Assembly: GCA_050330935.1 (NCBI GenBank)
Contig: JBHJHL010000003.1
Coordinates: 1 to 63,877 of the forward strand
Length of the DNA: 63,877 nucleotides
DNA from: Sphingomonadaceae bacterium
GTDB taxonomy: Bacteria > Pseudomonadota > Alphaproteobacteria > Sphingomonadales > Sphingomonadaceae
Reading direction: 5' to 3'
Shown piece after piece: positions 38,713 to 48,623 of this stretch. The notes under the pieces were generated by a model. The model ran no database searches. It was not told the DNA's origin and saw nothing but the letters and a program-made list of their open reading frames with translations. Position numbers and translations under genes: made by a program. Every line of letters begins with the position of its first letter. Position 1 is the stretch's first letter.

Positions 38713-38966
38713 AGGCTTGGGTTCAAATCCTTTTAAGTTCGTTTGTCCGGCCGCCGGTTGTCTCCGGGGTCTTGTCGGGGTCGAGCGAAGGCGGGGCGGT
38801 TTCCCGTCCCGGTCCGGCGGCGGCTCAAAGCAAAAGCGCGCGAAAAGCCCGGCTATACCTCGGCCGGTTCTTCGCGCGTGTCGCTTCGCATCGCTGGTCG
38901 GGCGAGCGAGGCGCCCGCCGGACCGCGGCGATATAATGGAAGCGGCGCGCCGGCGCAAGACGGGGC

Positions 38967-39596
38967 TCAGGCCGGTTTTCCCGCCCGGCGAGCGACGATC
39001 TCGATCGCGGCCTTACGCGCCTCGCCGATCGTCATTTCGCTGGTGTCGAGGATCGCGGCGTCCGGGGCGCGCACGAGCGGCGCGTCCTTGCGCTCGCGGT
39101 CGCGCCGGTCGCGGGCGAGAAGATCGGCGCGCACATCCTCCCAGGCGGCCTCCTGGCCCAGGCCGCGCAACTCTCCGAGACGCCGACGTGTGCGTATCTC
39201 GACGCTCGCGGTGACGAACAGCTTGGCGTCGGCAGTGGGAGCTATGACGGTGCCGATGTCGCGCCCGTCGAGCACCGCCCCGCCGGGCTGGGCCGCGAAG
39301 GCGCGCTGGCGCTCGACGAGCGCTGCGCGCACCATGGGATAGGCCGAGATGCGCGAGGCGACGCCGCCCACCGCTTCGCTTTTCAGCGCCGGGTCGGCAA
39401 GGTCGATCTGGGCGATGTCGCAGGCGCGCGCGGCGGCAAACTCGCTCGCCGGATCGCCGCCCTGGCCGAGCAGGTTGAGCGCGACGGCGCGGTAGAGCAG
39501 GCCGGTGTCGAGATGCGGCAGGCCGAAATGCTCGGCGATGGCGCGGGCAATCGTCCCCTTGCCGCTCGCAGCCGGGCCGTCGACGGCGACGATCAT
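38967..39596 (-). CDS. cmk: Cytidylate kinase
   Basis: DGPAASGKGT, LDTGLLYRA, LDGRDIGT. Confidence 0.95.
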   Translation of the reverse strand: MIVAVDGPAASGKGTIARAIAEHFGLPHLDTGLLYRAVALNLLGQGGDPASEFAAARACDIAQIDLADPALKSEAVGGVASRISAYPMVRAALVERQRAFAAQPGGAVLDGRDIGTVIAPTADAKLFVTASVEIRTRRRLGELRGLGQEAAWEDVRADLLARDRRDRERKDAPLVRAPDAAILDTSEMTIGEARKAAIEIVARRAGKPA

Positions 39597-40924
39597 GGCG
39601 CGCCAAGCGCGGCGAGACCGGCGGCGAAGCCCGGAAAGCTCGTATCGGCGACGCGCATGTTGTCGACGGTTATCGGCTCTTCGGCATGAAGGCCAGCGAC
39701 CGCGAAGGCCATCGCGATTCGGTGATCGAGCGCGGAGGAGACGGTGGCGCCGCCGCGAACTGGCGCGCCGCCGGAGCCGGCGACGACCAGCCCGTCCTCG
39801 AGCTCCCCGACCTCGACGCCGATCGCGGCGAGCCCGCGCGCCATCGTGGCGAGGCGGTCGGATTCCTTGTGGCGCAGCTCGCCCAGGCCTTCGGCCCGGC
39901 TCTCTCCTTCGGCGAAGGCGGCGGCTATGAAGAAGACAGGAAATTCGTCGATCATCGCCGGAACGCGGGTGCGCGGGACGTCGGCGGCGCGGAGCGGGCT
40001 GTGCCGGACCTCGATGTCGGCGACCGGCTCGTTGCCGAGCAGCCGCTCCCTCGAGACGCGGATGTCGCCGCCCATCCCGCCGAGCAGGTCGAGCAGCGCG
40101 CGGCGGCCGGGATTCACGCCGACCTTCTCGATCACGATTTCCGAGCCGGGAACGACGAGCGCCGCGACGACGAGAAAGGCAGCCGCCGAGATGTCGCCGG
40201 GGATGGTGATCTCCGCCGGGACGAGCTCGGCCTCGCCGGTCACCGCGACGGTGCGGGCGCCGTCGGTGCCGTGCCCGATCTCCACCGGCACGCCGAAGCG
40301 CTCGAACAGCCGCTCGCCATGGTCGCGGCTCGGCGCGGGCTCGGCGATGCGGGTGACGCCGGGGGTATTGAGCGCGGCGAGCATCAGAGCGCTTTTGACC
40401 TGCGCCGAGGGGATGTCGAGCGCGAAGCTTCCGGGGACGGCGGGGCAGGCGCCGCGGATCGCGAGCGGTAGCCGCCCGCCCGGCGCCATGACGATCCCGG
40501 CCCCCATCTGCCCGAGCGGTTCGGCGAGCCGCGCCATCGGCCGGCGGCAAAGCGATCGGTCGCCGACGAGGTGGAGGACGAGGGGGTGGCTCGCCGCGAC
40601 TCCCATGACAAGGCGCGCCGCGGTCCCCGAATTGCCCATGTCGAGCGCGCCTTCGGGCTCGAGCAGGCAGCCGGTGCCGAGCCCGTCGACTTGCCATTGG
40701 GCCTCGCCGGTGCGTTCGATCCGCGCTCCCATCGCGCGCAGCGCGGCGGCGGTGGCGGCGACGTCGTCGCCGGTCGAGAGATTGGCGATGCGGCTGCGGC
40801 CGGCGGCGAGCGCGGCGAGGATGAGGGCGCGGTGCGAGATCGACTTGTCACCGGGGACCTGGGCGGGGCCGGCGAGCGGCCCGCGCGGCCCGAAGGTCGT
40901 CGGCTGCGCTGGGGCCTGTCGCAT
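39593..40924 (-). CDS. aroA: EPSP synthase
   Basis: PGDKSISHR, GNSGT, SAQVKS, KESDRL, DHRIAM. Confidence 0.97.
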   Translation of the reverse strand: MRQAPAQPTTFGPRGPLAGPAQVPGDKSISHRALILAALAAGRSRIANLSTGDDVAATAAALRAMGARIERTGEAQWQVDGLGTGCLLEPEGALDMGNSGTAARLVMGVAASHPLVLHLVGDRSLCRRPMARLAEPLGQMGAGIVMAPGGRLPLAIRGACPAVPGSFALDIPSAQVKSALMLAALNTPGVTRIAEPAPSRDHGERLFERFGVPVEIGHGTDGARTVAVTGEAELVPAEITIPGDISAAAFLVVAALVVPGSEIVIEKVGVNPGRRALLDLLGGMGGDIRVSRERLLGNEPVADIEVRHSPLRAADVPRTRVPAMIDEFPVFFIAAAFAEGESRAEGLGELRHKESDRLATMARGLAAIGVEVGELEDGLVVAGSGGAPVRGGATVSSALDHRIAMAFAVAGLHAEEPITVDNMRVADTSFPGFAAGLAALGAP

Positions 40925-41036
40925 GCGCGTCAGCTTTGACAGCGGCCCGGGGCTGTGGCAAGGCGCGCCCCGCTTCGCGGCCGGGGTCCTTCGTGCCCCG
41001 CCGTTTCACCGATTCGAACCGGGAGTAGTTTCACCG

Positions 41037-41357
41037 ATGGTGAAAGCTGAATGGGGGGCCAAGCGCACCTGCCCCAAATGCGGAACCCGCTTTTACGATC
41101 TCGGCAAGGACGAGCCGGTGACCTGCATCGATTGCGGCACCGCCTGGGAGCCCGAGCCGGTGCTGAAATCCAAGCAGCCGCTTCCCTTCGAGGACAAGGA
41201 GAAGGACAAGAAGGAGAAAAAGGAGGAGGAGGAGGTCGAGGACGAGGATCTCGACATCGACGAGGAGGAAGAGGAGAATCCCGACGACGAGGTCGATCTC
41301 GGCGGCGACGAGGAGATCGCGGTCAAGAAGACCGGCGAGGAGGATGAGGAGAGCTGA
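41037..41357 (+). CDS. FYDLN-acid (TIGR02300-type) zinc-ribbon protein
   Basis: [17 protein letters not shown]...C..CG and an acidic tail. Confidence 0.9.
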   Translation: MVKAEWGAKRTCPKCGTRFYDLGKDEPVTCIDCGTAWEPEPVLKSKQPLPFEDKEKDKKEKKEEEEVEDEDLDIDEEEEENPDDEVDLGGDEEIAVKKTGEEDEES

Positions 41358-41400
41358 TCTTGCGCCGGCGCGGTGCTGCCGCTACATCGCGCCGCCTGAT

Positions 41401-41476
<76 letters not shown>

Positions 41477-41531
41477 ATTCTCCGCTATTTCCAAAAAGCG
41501 GGTTCGGCGGAAGAGCTTCCGCGTGGTATAT

Positions 41532-41568
41532 TAGAGGCTTAGGGGTTCGATCTCCCTCGGCTCCATCA
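41532..41568 (+). repeat. Degenerate duplicate of the tRNA-Ala 3' half
   Basis: TAGAGGCTTAGGGGTTCGATCTCCCTCGGCTCCATCA vs 41441-41476. Confidence 0.85.
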
Positions 41569-41618
41569 CTTTACTTCTGACGGATTGATCTGTTTTTCCG
41601 ATCGGCTAACCGTGCGGC

Positions 41619-42566
41619 ATGAACGCGCCCGGCTCGCGCTGCGAACCCCAAGCCGCTGCGGCAATCCTGATGGTCGCTCCGGCGGCGTTCGGCTTCAATG
41701 CCGAGGCGGCGGCGAGCAACGTCTTCGCCGCGCCGCCCGGCGATGATGACGTCGCGGCCGCGGCGCGGCGCGAATGGGAGGGCGCCGTCCGCGCGCTCGA
41801 GGAGGCCGGAGCGGCCGTCCATGTCCTCGAAGACAGCGCCGAGCCAGCCAAGCCCGACGCGATCTTTCCCAACAACTGGCTCACCACCCATGCCGATGGG
41901 ACCATCGTTACCTATCCGATGGCGCATGAAAGCCGCCGCGCCGAACGCCGTCCGGAGGCGGTGCGGGCGATGCTTCGCTCCGCCGGCTTCGCGATCGCGC
42001 GCCATGTCGATCTCGCCGCGCATGAGGCGCGCGGCGATTATCTCGAAGGCACCGGCAGCCTGGTGCTCGACCGCGCGCGGCGCCGTGCCTTCGCCGCCCT
42101 CGGCCCCCGCACCCACGAGGCGCCGCTCGCCGACTTCGCCGCCAGGCTCGGCTATGAAGTCCATTCCTTCCGCGCCGTCGATCCCGGAGGACGGCCGGTC
42201 TATCACACCAATGTGGCAGTGAGCCTCGGCCGCCGCTTCGCGCTCGCCTGCCTCGACTGCGTCGCCGAAGCGGAGCGGGACGCGCTTGCCGGGGCGCTCG
42301 AAGCGGGAGGACGCGAGCTGATCCGGATCGGCTGGGGCCAGCTCGCCCGCTTCGCCGGCAACGTCATCGAGCTTGAAAACCGCCGCGGCGAGACCTTCGT
42401 CGCTTTGTCGGCCTCGGCGCAAGACGCGCTGCGGCCGGAGCAGCGCGCCGCGCTTCGCCGGCTGTCGGGGCCGCTCGTCGCCGCGCCGCTGCCGGTCGTC
42501 GAGCGGGTCGCGGGCGGCAGCATGCGCTGCATGATCGCCGAGATTTTCCTGCCCCGCGCCCGCTAG
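41619..42566 (+). CDS. Amidinotransferase-superfamily hydrolase (CtlX-like)
   Basis: PDAIFPNNW, LEGTGSLVLD, YHTNV, GGSMRCMIAE. Confidence 0.88.
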   Translation: MNAPGSRCEPQAAAAILMVAPAAFGFNAEAAASNVFAAPPGDDDVAAAARREWEGAVRALEEAGAAVHVLEDSAEPAKPDAIFPNNWLTTHADGTIVTYPMAHESRRAERRPEAVRAMLRSAGFAIARHVDLAAHEARGDYLEGTGSLVLDRARRRAFAALGPRTHEAPLADFAARLGYEVHSFRAVDPGGRPVYHTNVAVSLGRRFALACLDCVAEAERDALAGALEAGGRELIRIGWGQLARFAGNVIELENRRGETFVALSASAQDALRPEQRAALRRLSGPLVAAPLPVVERVAGGSMRCMIAEIFLPRAR

Positions 42567-42662
42567 CTTTCGCCGCGCCGCTGTCCCGCGCCGGGACGCG
42601 GGGGAAATCCTCCCCGCCGGCGGCTTGATCGCGAGGGTGAAGGAAGTCTTAAAGCCCGGGCT

Positions 42663-42878
42663 ATGAACAGGCTCGCTCCGCTCATCCGCCGCGACCACTT
42701 GCCGCCGCTTGCCGAGCCGCCGCCCGCGCCTGTGCTGCGCAAATATGTGCACCGGGCGATGGCCCGGCCGCCCGAGGCGCCGCCGCCGCGCCGGCGCTCG
42801 GACGCGATCGGCGATCTCGAATTCTTCCTTTTGGGCTGGCTCGGCGGGGTCGCCTTCTTCGGCGCGCTGCTGCTCTAG
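42663..42878 (+). CDS. Small protein with C-terminal TM
   Basis: DL.FFLLGWLGGVAFFGALLL tail; fills the intergenic gap. Confidence 0.55.
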   Translation: MNRLAPLIRRDHLPPLAEPPPAPVLRKYVHRAMARPPEAPPPRRRSDAIGDLEFFLLGWLGGVAFFGALLL

Positions 42879-42969
42879 GCTGAATCGACATCCCGTGCGA
42901 TCGGGCCTGTCTTTCGTTCATCCCGGCGCAGTCGGGGGGGTATAAGGTCTCAGCTTCGCGCAACCTCCC

Positions 42970-44238
42970 TCAGTCGCAGGCGAGGTGCAGCTTCCAGCCG
43001 AGCAGCGCGGCGACCAGGCACATTGCTGCGACGATGAGCAAGGTGTCGACGACGCTCACCCCCATGCGGTTGACCGTCAGCACCGCCAGCGATCCCGCCA
43101 CCATCGCCCCTGAATTGACGATGTTGTTCGCCGCCACGGTGCGTGCGGTCTGGTTCTTCTCCACCGTGGTGGTGAGAAAGGCGTAGAGCGGCACGACGAA
43201 CATGCCGCCGGTCACCGCGACGCCGAACAGGGCGAGGAAGACGAGCGGCGCGCGCGGATGGAGAATGAACTCGCCGAAGGAGTAGAGCGCGCCTTCGGGC
43301 AGTCCCTGCCAGTCGCGGGCGAGGAAATGGAAGGCGAGCACGAAGCCGCCCATAAGTACCACCGAGCCCGGCGCCCAGCGCGCCGAGACCGTGCCCTTGA
43401 GCATCCGGTTGATGAGCACCGAACCGATCGCCACGCCGATCGAGAAGATGGCGAGGAACAGGCTCGCCACCTGCTTGTCGGCAGTGAGCACGTTCTTGAC
43501 CAGCGGCGGGAACTCGATGATCAGCACCGCGCCGATCGTCCAGAAGAAGCTGATCGAGCAGATCGCGAGGAACAGGCGCGGAATGTGCATCGTCTCGCTG
43601 ACGAGGCGGATCGAGGCCTTGACGATGTTCCAGTCGACGCGCTCGGCCCCTCCCTCGGGCGGCGCCGGCGGCACGAAGCGCGCCGTCGTCCAGCCGGCGA
43701 GCGCGACGAGGAGCACTGCCAGCGCGACCCATTTGCCCGGGATGACGCCGGCGGCGATGGTGCCGCCCAGAATCGCGAGATAGGTGCCCGCCTCGACGAG
43801 GCCAGTGCCGCCAAGCACCTCGGCCTTCGCCAGATGCTGCGGCAGGATCGCATATTTGATCGGCCCGAAGAAGGTCGAATGGGAGCCCATGGCGAGCACC
43901 GCGCCGAGCATCATCGGCACCGAGGGGAGGAGGATGCCGACGGCGCCGAAGATCATGATCGCGATCTCGGCGGTCTTGACGATGCGGATGATCTTGGCCT
44001 TGTCATGGGTGTCGGCGAGCTGCCCCGACAGCGCCGAAAGCAGGAAGAAGGGGAGGATGAAGAGGCCGGTGGCGACGGCGTTGAAATCGGATTCGACGCG
44101 TGGATCGTTGTAAATCTGATAGGTGGCGAAGAGCACCAGGGCGGTCTTGAACAGATTGTCGTTGAACGCGCCGAGGAACTGGGTCGCGAACAGCGGCAGG
44201 AAGCGCCGCTTGCCGAGCAGGTAGAGGGAGGGAGTCAA
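42970..44238 (-). CDS. MFS transporter (LplT/Aas-MFS-like)
   Basis: RRFLPLFATQFLGAFNDNLFK, FGPIKYAILPQHL. Confidence 0.88.
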   Translation of the reverse strand: MTPSLYLLGKRRFLPLFATQFLGAFNDNLFKTALVLFATYQIYNDPRVESDFNAVATGLFILPFFLLSALSGQLADTHDKAKIIRIVKTAEIAIMIFGAVGILLPSVPMMLGAVLAMGSHSTFFGPIKYAILPQHLAKAEVLGGTGLVEAGTYLAILGGTIAAGVIPGKWVALAVLLVALAGWTTARFVPPAPPEGGAERVDWNIVKASIRLVSETMHIPRLFLAICSISFFWTIGAVLIIEFPPLVKNVLTADKQVASLFLAIFSIGVAIGSVLINRMLKGTVSARWAPGSVVLMGGFVLAFHFLARDWQGLPEGALYSFGEFILHPRAPLVFLALFGVAVTGGMFVVPLYAFLTTTVEKNQTARTVAANNIVNSGAMVAGSLAVLTVNRMGVSVVDTLLIVAAMCLVAALLGWKLHLACD

Positions 44239-44359
44239 GCGCGGGCTCTTTCCAGCAAAAGGGCTTGAAGCGCGCCTTGCCCAAGCGGGAAAGCGCAGAC
44301 AAGCCCCAATCCGGAATGCCGCTCTCCCAATCCGGGATCGCTCGCGCTAAGGCCTCTTC

Positions 44360-44911
44360 ATGCTATCGCTTCCCAACCTCCTCACCCTGTCGCGCATCCT
44401 CGCGGTGCCGATTCTCGTCTTCCTGCTCTGGCCGACGGGCGGCTGGTGGGACTATGCGGCGGCCTTCGTCGTCTACTGCCTGATGGGCGTCACCGACTAT
44501 TTCGACGGCTATCTCGCGCGCGCTAAGGGGACGGTGTCGCGGCTCGGCATTTTCCTCGACCCGATCGCCGACAAGATCATGGTCGCCTCGGTGATCGTGA
44601 TGATGATCTTCGTCGAGCAGATCGAAGGCGCGCACGTGATCGCCGCGCTCGTCATCCTGCTGCGCGAGATCATGGTCTCGGGGCTGCGCGAATTCCTCGC
44701 CGGGCTCCAGGTCTCGGTGCCGGTGACCCGGCTAGCCAAGTGGAAGACCGCCTTTCAACTCGTCGCGCTCGGCGCGCTCATCCTCGCCGGCGCGCTTCCC
44801 GCCTGGCCCGTCGTGCATCAGCTCGGGATCGTCAGCCTTTGGGCGGCGGCGATCCTGACGCTCGTCACCGGCTGGGACTATCTGCGCGTCGGCCTCAAGC
44901 ATATGGATTGA
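44360..44911 (+). CDS. pgsA: CDP-DAG--glycerol-3-phosphate phosphatidyltransferase
   Basis: PN.LT..R, DYFDGYLAR, G.FLDPIADK, GLRE. Confidence 0.96.
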   Translation: MLSLPNLLTLSRILAVPILVFLLWPTGGWWDYAAAFVVYCLMGVTDYFDGYLARAKGTVSRLGIFLDPIADKIMVASVIVMMIFVEQIEGAHVIAALVILLREIMVSGLREFLAGLQVSVPVTRLAKWKTAFQLVALGALILAGALPAWPVVHQLGIVSLWAAAILTLVTGWDYLRVGLKHMD

Positions 44912-44940
44912 GGCCGGCGCGTCAGAAAAGGGTCCTGGGA

Positions 44941-45393
44941 TCAGACGTTGGCGGTGGTCGCTTCGGGAATGATCAGCACCTGGCCCGGATAGATTTCGTC
45001 CGGATCCTTGAGCATCGGCCGGTTGGCCTCGAAGATGCGGTGATAGGCGTTGGCGTCGCCATAATATTTCTGCGCGATCTCGGACAGGGTGTCGCCCGGC
45101 TCCACTTCGTGCGTGCGGGGTCTGCCGCCGGTGCCGCCATCGAGCCCGTCGTCGTCGACCTGGTCGATATATCGGGTGTTGCCGGCGATCACCATCAGCT
45201 TGCGGCGCGTCTCCTCGTCGGGCACGCGGCCGCTGATCTTGACCTTCGAGCCCTCGACCCGGACCTTGATGTCGCCAGGCAGGCCGAGCCGGTCGATCTC
45301 GCGGCGGATCGCTTCGGCCTTCTGCTCGGCGGCGTCATTCTCGCCGAACACTTCCTTGCCCTTGTCCTTCTTGAAGAAATCGAACAATCCCAT
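44941..45393 (-). CDS. BON-LysM protein (Kbp/YgaU-like)
   Basis: MGLFDFFK, GDTLSEIA..YYG...IFEAN..ML.DPD.IYPGQ. Confidence 0.9.
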   Translation of the reverse strand: MGLFDFFKKDKGKEVFGENDAAEQKAEAIRREIDRLGLPGDIKVRVEGSKVKISGRVPDEETRRKLMVIAGNTRYIDQVDDDGLDGGTGGRPRTHEVEPGDTLSEIAQKYYGDANAYHRIFEANRPMLKDPDEIYPGQVLIIPEATTANV

Positions 45394-45592
45394 GGTCTTG
45401 CTCCTTTGCTATGATTGATTTTCCGCGCGGCGCTTATCGCCGCCCATGGGATATCAAGGGGCGGCCGCGGTAGGCGGTTCCCCGGCGCTCGTCCGGCGGT
45501 GCCGGACATGGGACGGCCCGGAAGCGGCCCGCACGAAAAGGCCGGCGGAGCATGATGTCCGCCGGCCATGAGGATCCTCGCGGTCTGACGTT

Positions 45593-46219
45593 TCAGCCCA
45601 CGGCAGGCAGCAGCACGCCGTTGACGACATGGACGACGCCGTTCGACTGGGTGACATCGGCATCGGTGAAATAGCTCATATTGCCGTTGGCGTCGGTGAC
45701 CGCGAACACGCCCTCCTCCTTGCTGATCCTGATCGTGCCGCCGCCGACGGCGGTGAGCGTGGCGACGCCGGCGGGATCGGCCTCGATCAGCGCTTCGAAC
45801 TCGGAGGTCGTATAGCTGCCGGCGACGACATGATAGTCGAGCAGCGTCTTGAGCTGGCCCTTGTTCTCGGGCCGCAGCAGCTGCTCGACCGCACCCGGGG
45901 GCAGGCGGCCGAAGGCTGCGTCGGTGGGCGCGAAGACGGTGAACGGCCCCGGCCCCTGGAGGGTAGCGGCGATATCGGCGGCCCGGACCGCGCGCGCCAG
46001 CGTCTTGTGATCGGCAGATTGCGACATGTTGGCGACGATGTCGCGCGCGGGATCCATCGCCGCGCCGCCGACCGTCGCCGGCTCGTCGGCCTCTGCTTGC
46101 GCGCCGGCGGCGGATTGGGCGGCGGGCGCGTGCCGGTCCGCCATCGCGACCGCCGGGCCATGGCCCGCGCCGACAGCGCCCAGGGCGAGTGCGGCGGCGC
46201 CAAGCAACAGCTTGCTCAT
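45593..46219 (-). CDS. Secreted fasciclin domain protein
   Basis: GPFTVFAPTDAAF, YHVV, SNGVVHVVN.VL. Confidence 0.92.
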   Translation of the reverse strand: MSKLLLGAAALALGAVGAGHGPAVAMADRHAPAAQSAAGAQAEADEPATVGGAAMDPARDIVANMSQSADHKTLARAVRAADIAATLQGPGPFTVFAPTDAAFGRLPPGAVEQLLRPENKGQLKTLLDYHVVAGSYTTSEFEALIEADPAGVATLTAVGGGTIRISKEEGVFAVTDANGNMSYFTDADVTQSNGVVHVVNGVLLPAVG

Positions 46220-46271
46220 TTTCTTCTCCTCGGTTTCGGTTCTGATTTCAGTTGCGTAGGGGGCGCCAGAT

Positions 46272-47210
46272 TTACGCATGGGCCGCGCGCTTCGTTGCAG
46301 AACCCTTTCCGGTCGCCGCCTTGAGCGCCTGTCCCAGCAGCCGGAATTCGGCGCCGCGCGGCGATCCCTTGCGCCAGACGAGCGCGATGCGGCGGCTCGC
46401 ATTGTCGGCGTCGAGCGGCCGCGCGCTGGCGCCGGTGCCGGCCAATATCCCCGCCTCGAGGGCCATTTCGGGAATGAGGGTGAGCCCCAGGCCGTTGCCC
46501 ACCATCTGGATGAGGGTGTGGAGCGAAGTGCCCATCATCTTCGCCTCGGCGCGCAGCTCGGGACGGTTGCAGGCGGCGAGCGCATGGTCCTTGAGGCAAT
46601 GGCCGTCCTCGAGCAGCAGCAGATGCTCCTCGTCGATCGCCTCGGGCGGGATCTTGGCCGGCGGGTCGGCCGGCTCGCCGGGAGGAAAGGCGACGTGGAA
46701 ACGGTCCTCGAACAGAATGAGGGAATCCACCTTGCCGCAGCGATAGGGAAGCGCGAGCAGCACGCAATCGACCTGGCCGCGGCGCAGCGAGTCGCAGGCC
46801 GCCGGGCTGATCTCCTCGCGCAAGAACAGCTTGAGGCGCGGCCATTGGTCGCGCAGCTTCGGCAGCACTCCGGGCAGGAGGAAGGGCGCGATGGTGGGGA
46901 TGACGCTCATCCGGAGCTCACCCGAAAGCGGCGCCCCCTCGGCCTTGGCGATGTCGGCGAGCGCCTCGGCCTCGCCGATCACCTTGAGCGCCTGCGCGGC
47001 GATGCGATTGCCGACCGGGGTGAAGCGCACCACCCGGCGGGTGCGCTCGACGAGGGTGAAGCCGAGCAGCGATTCCAGTTCCCTGATGCCCGCCGACAGC
47101 GTCGACTGGGTGACGAAGCAGGCCTCGGCGGCGCGCCCGAAATGGCCGTGCTCCTGGAGCGCAGCGAGATATTGGAGCTGCTTGAGCGTGGGCAGGTAGG
47201 TCTGCATCAC
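46272..47210 (-). CDS. oxyR: H2O2-sensing LysR regulator OxyR
   Basis: HFGRAA..CFVTQSTLS, LEDGHCLKDHALAAC; divergent from ahpC. Confidence 0.94.
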   Translation of the reverse strand: MMQTYLPTLKQLQYLAALQEHGHFGRAAEACFVTQSTLSAGIRELESLLGFTLVERTRRVVRFTPVGNRIAAQALKVIGEAEALADIAKAEGAPLSGELRMSVIPTIAPFLLPGVLPKLRDQWPRLKLFLREEISPAACDSLRRGQVDCVLLALPYRCGKVDSLILFEDRFHVAFPPGEPADPPAKIPPEAIDEEHLLLLEDGHCLKDHALAACNRPELRAEAKMMGTSLHTLIQMVGNGLGLTLIPEMALEAGILAGTGASARPLDADNASRRIALVWRKGSPRGAEFRLLGQALKAATGKGSATKRAAHA

Positions 47211-47303
47211 GCGCCGTCATCCGGATGGTTCGTCCAGCTGCCGGGGGAAGCGGCGTGACGGGTCGCGGCACGGAGCGGCGCGGGAGGCGGGGGGAAGGCA
47301 ATC

Positions 47304-47340
47304 ATCGTATCTCTCGATCAATGCCATTGCACTAATCAAT
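47304..47340. promoter_or_regulatory. OxyR operator
   Basis: ATCG-N7-CGAT-N7-ATTG-N7-CAAT. Confidence 0.8.
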
Positions 47341-47415
47341 TTGATCGATGGAAGCCAGCCCCCATATGGACGTTGAAACATCAAGACCCCCTCACGAAAA
47401 CAGGAGACCCGCGAA

Positions 47416-47955
47416 ATGCTCACCGTCGGCGACAAGCTTCCCGCCCTCACCCTTCCCGTTCAGCAAGGCAGCGAGCTGCCCGGCGACGAGACGATCGATC
47501 TCGGCGGGACCGACGGCAAGTGGAAGATTCTCTTCTACTGGCCCAAGGACTTCACTTTCGTCTGCCCAACCGAGATTTTGGGCTATAACGAGCTCAAGGA
47601 CGATTTCGAGGACCGCGACGCGGTGCTCATCGGCGCCTCGACCGACACCGATTTCGTCCACCACGCCTGGCGCAAGTCCGACGAGCGGCTCGCAAAATGC
47701 GATTTCCCCTGGATCGCGGACAACAAGAAGGAGCTCGCCAACGCGCTCGGCATCGTCTCGCCCGACGAGGGCGTCGCCTATCGCGCGACCTTCATCGTCG
47801 ATCCCGACAACACCATCCAGCATGTCACCGTGAACGGGCTCAATGTCGGTCGCAATCCGCAGGAAACGCTGCGCGTGCTCGATGCGCTGCAGACCGACGA
47901 GCTGTGCCCGTGCAACTGGCAGCAGGGCGAGGAGGTGCTGCGCCCGGCGGCGTGA
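47416..47955 (+). CDS. ahpC: Peroxiredoxin AhpC
   Basis: PKDFTFVCPTE, GRN, LCPCNW. Confidence 0.96.
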   Translation: MLTVGDKLPALTLPVQQGSELPGDETIDLGGTDGKWKILFYWPKDFTFVCPTEILGYNELKDDFEDRDAVLIGASTDTDFVHHAWRKSDERLAKCDFPWIADNKKELANALGIVSPDEGVAYRATFIVDPDNTIQHVTVNGLNVGRNPQETLRVLDALQTDELCPCNWQQGEEVLRPAA

Positions 47956-48035
47956 AGTCGGCTCGATTCGCCCCCGCGCCCCGCCTTTTCCACCGGGCCC
48001 CGGCCTCTGCCGGGGCTCCCTTCGACGGAGCAACC

Positions 48036-48554
48036 ATGTCTTTGAAGGAATTCGCGGGCGAGCTGCCCGAACATGCCAAGGACCTGCGCCTCAACATCGG
48101 CTCGCTGCTCGGCGACCAGACGCTCGGCGACCAGCGCAAATACGGCCTCTTCCTCGCCTGCGCCCACGGCACGGGTTACAAGCCGATGGTCGAGGCGGCC
48201 GAAAAGGAAGTCGAGGGCAAGCTCTCCGACGAGGCGGCGAACGCCGCCCGCGCTGCTGCCGCGGTGATGGCGATGAACAATGTCTACTACCGCTTCGTCC
48301 ACCTCGCCTCCAACGAGGAATATGGGCAGATGCCCGCGAAGCTGAGGATGAACGTCATCGGCTCGCCGGGCATCGACAAGGCCGATTTCGAGCTGTTCAG
48401 CCTGGCGGTGAGCGCGATGAACGGCTGCGGCATGTGCATCGACAGCCATGAGAAGGTTCTGCGCCAGCATGAGGTCGGCGCCGAGACGGTGCAGAACGCG
48501 GTGAGGATCGCCGCGGTGGTGACAGCGGTCGCGACGGTTCACGCGACGCTTTAG
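48036..48554 (+). CDS. ahpD: Alkylhydroperoxidase AhpD
   Basis: AKDLRLN, MAMNNVYYRF, SAMNGCGMCIDSHE. Confidence 0.95.
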   Translation: MSLKEFAGELPEHAKDLRLNIGSLLGDQTLGDQRKYGLFLACAHGTGYKPMVEAAEKEVEGKLSDEAANAARAAAAVMAMNNVYYRFVHLASNEEYGQMPAKLRMNVIGSPGIDKADFELFSLAVSAMNGCGMCIDSHEKVLRQHEVGAETVQNAVRIAAVVTAVATVHATL

Positions 48555-48623
48555 GAAGCGTCGCCGGGCGTGCCGCCGATTCCCCTGAAAGCTACGCCTT
48601 TTTAAGCCTTCTCTGCGACAGCC

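Noticed and set aside
36904-38736. 610-aa ORF antisense to rpsA
   Set aside because: Shadow ORF typical of high-GC coding DNA
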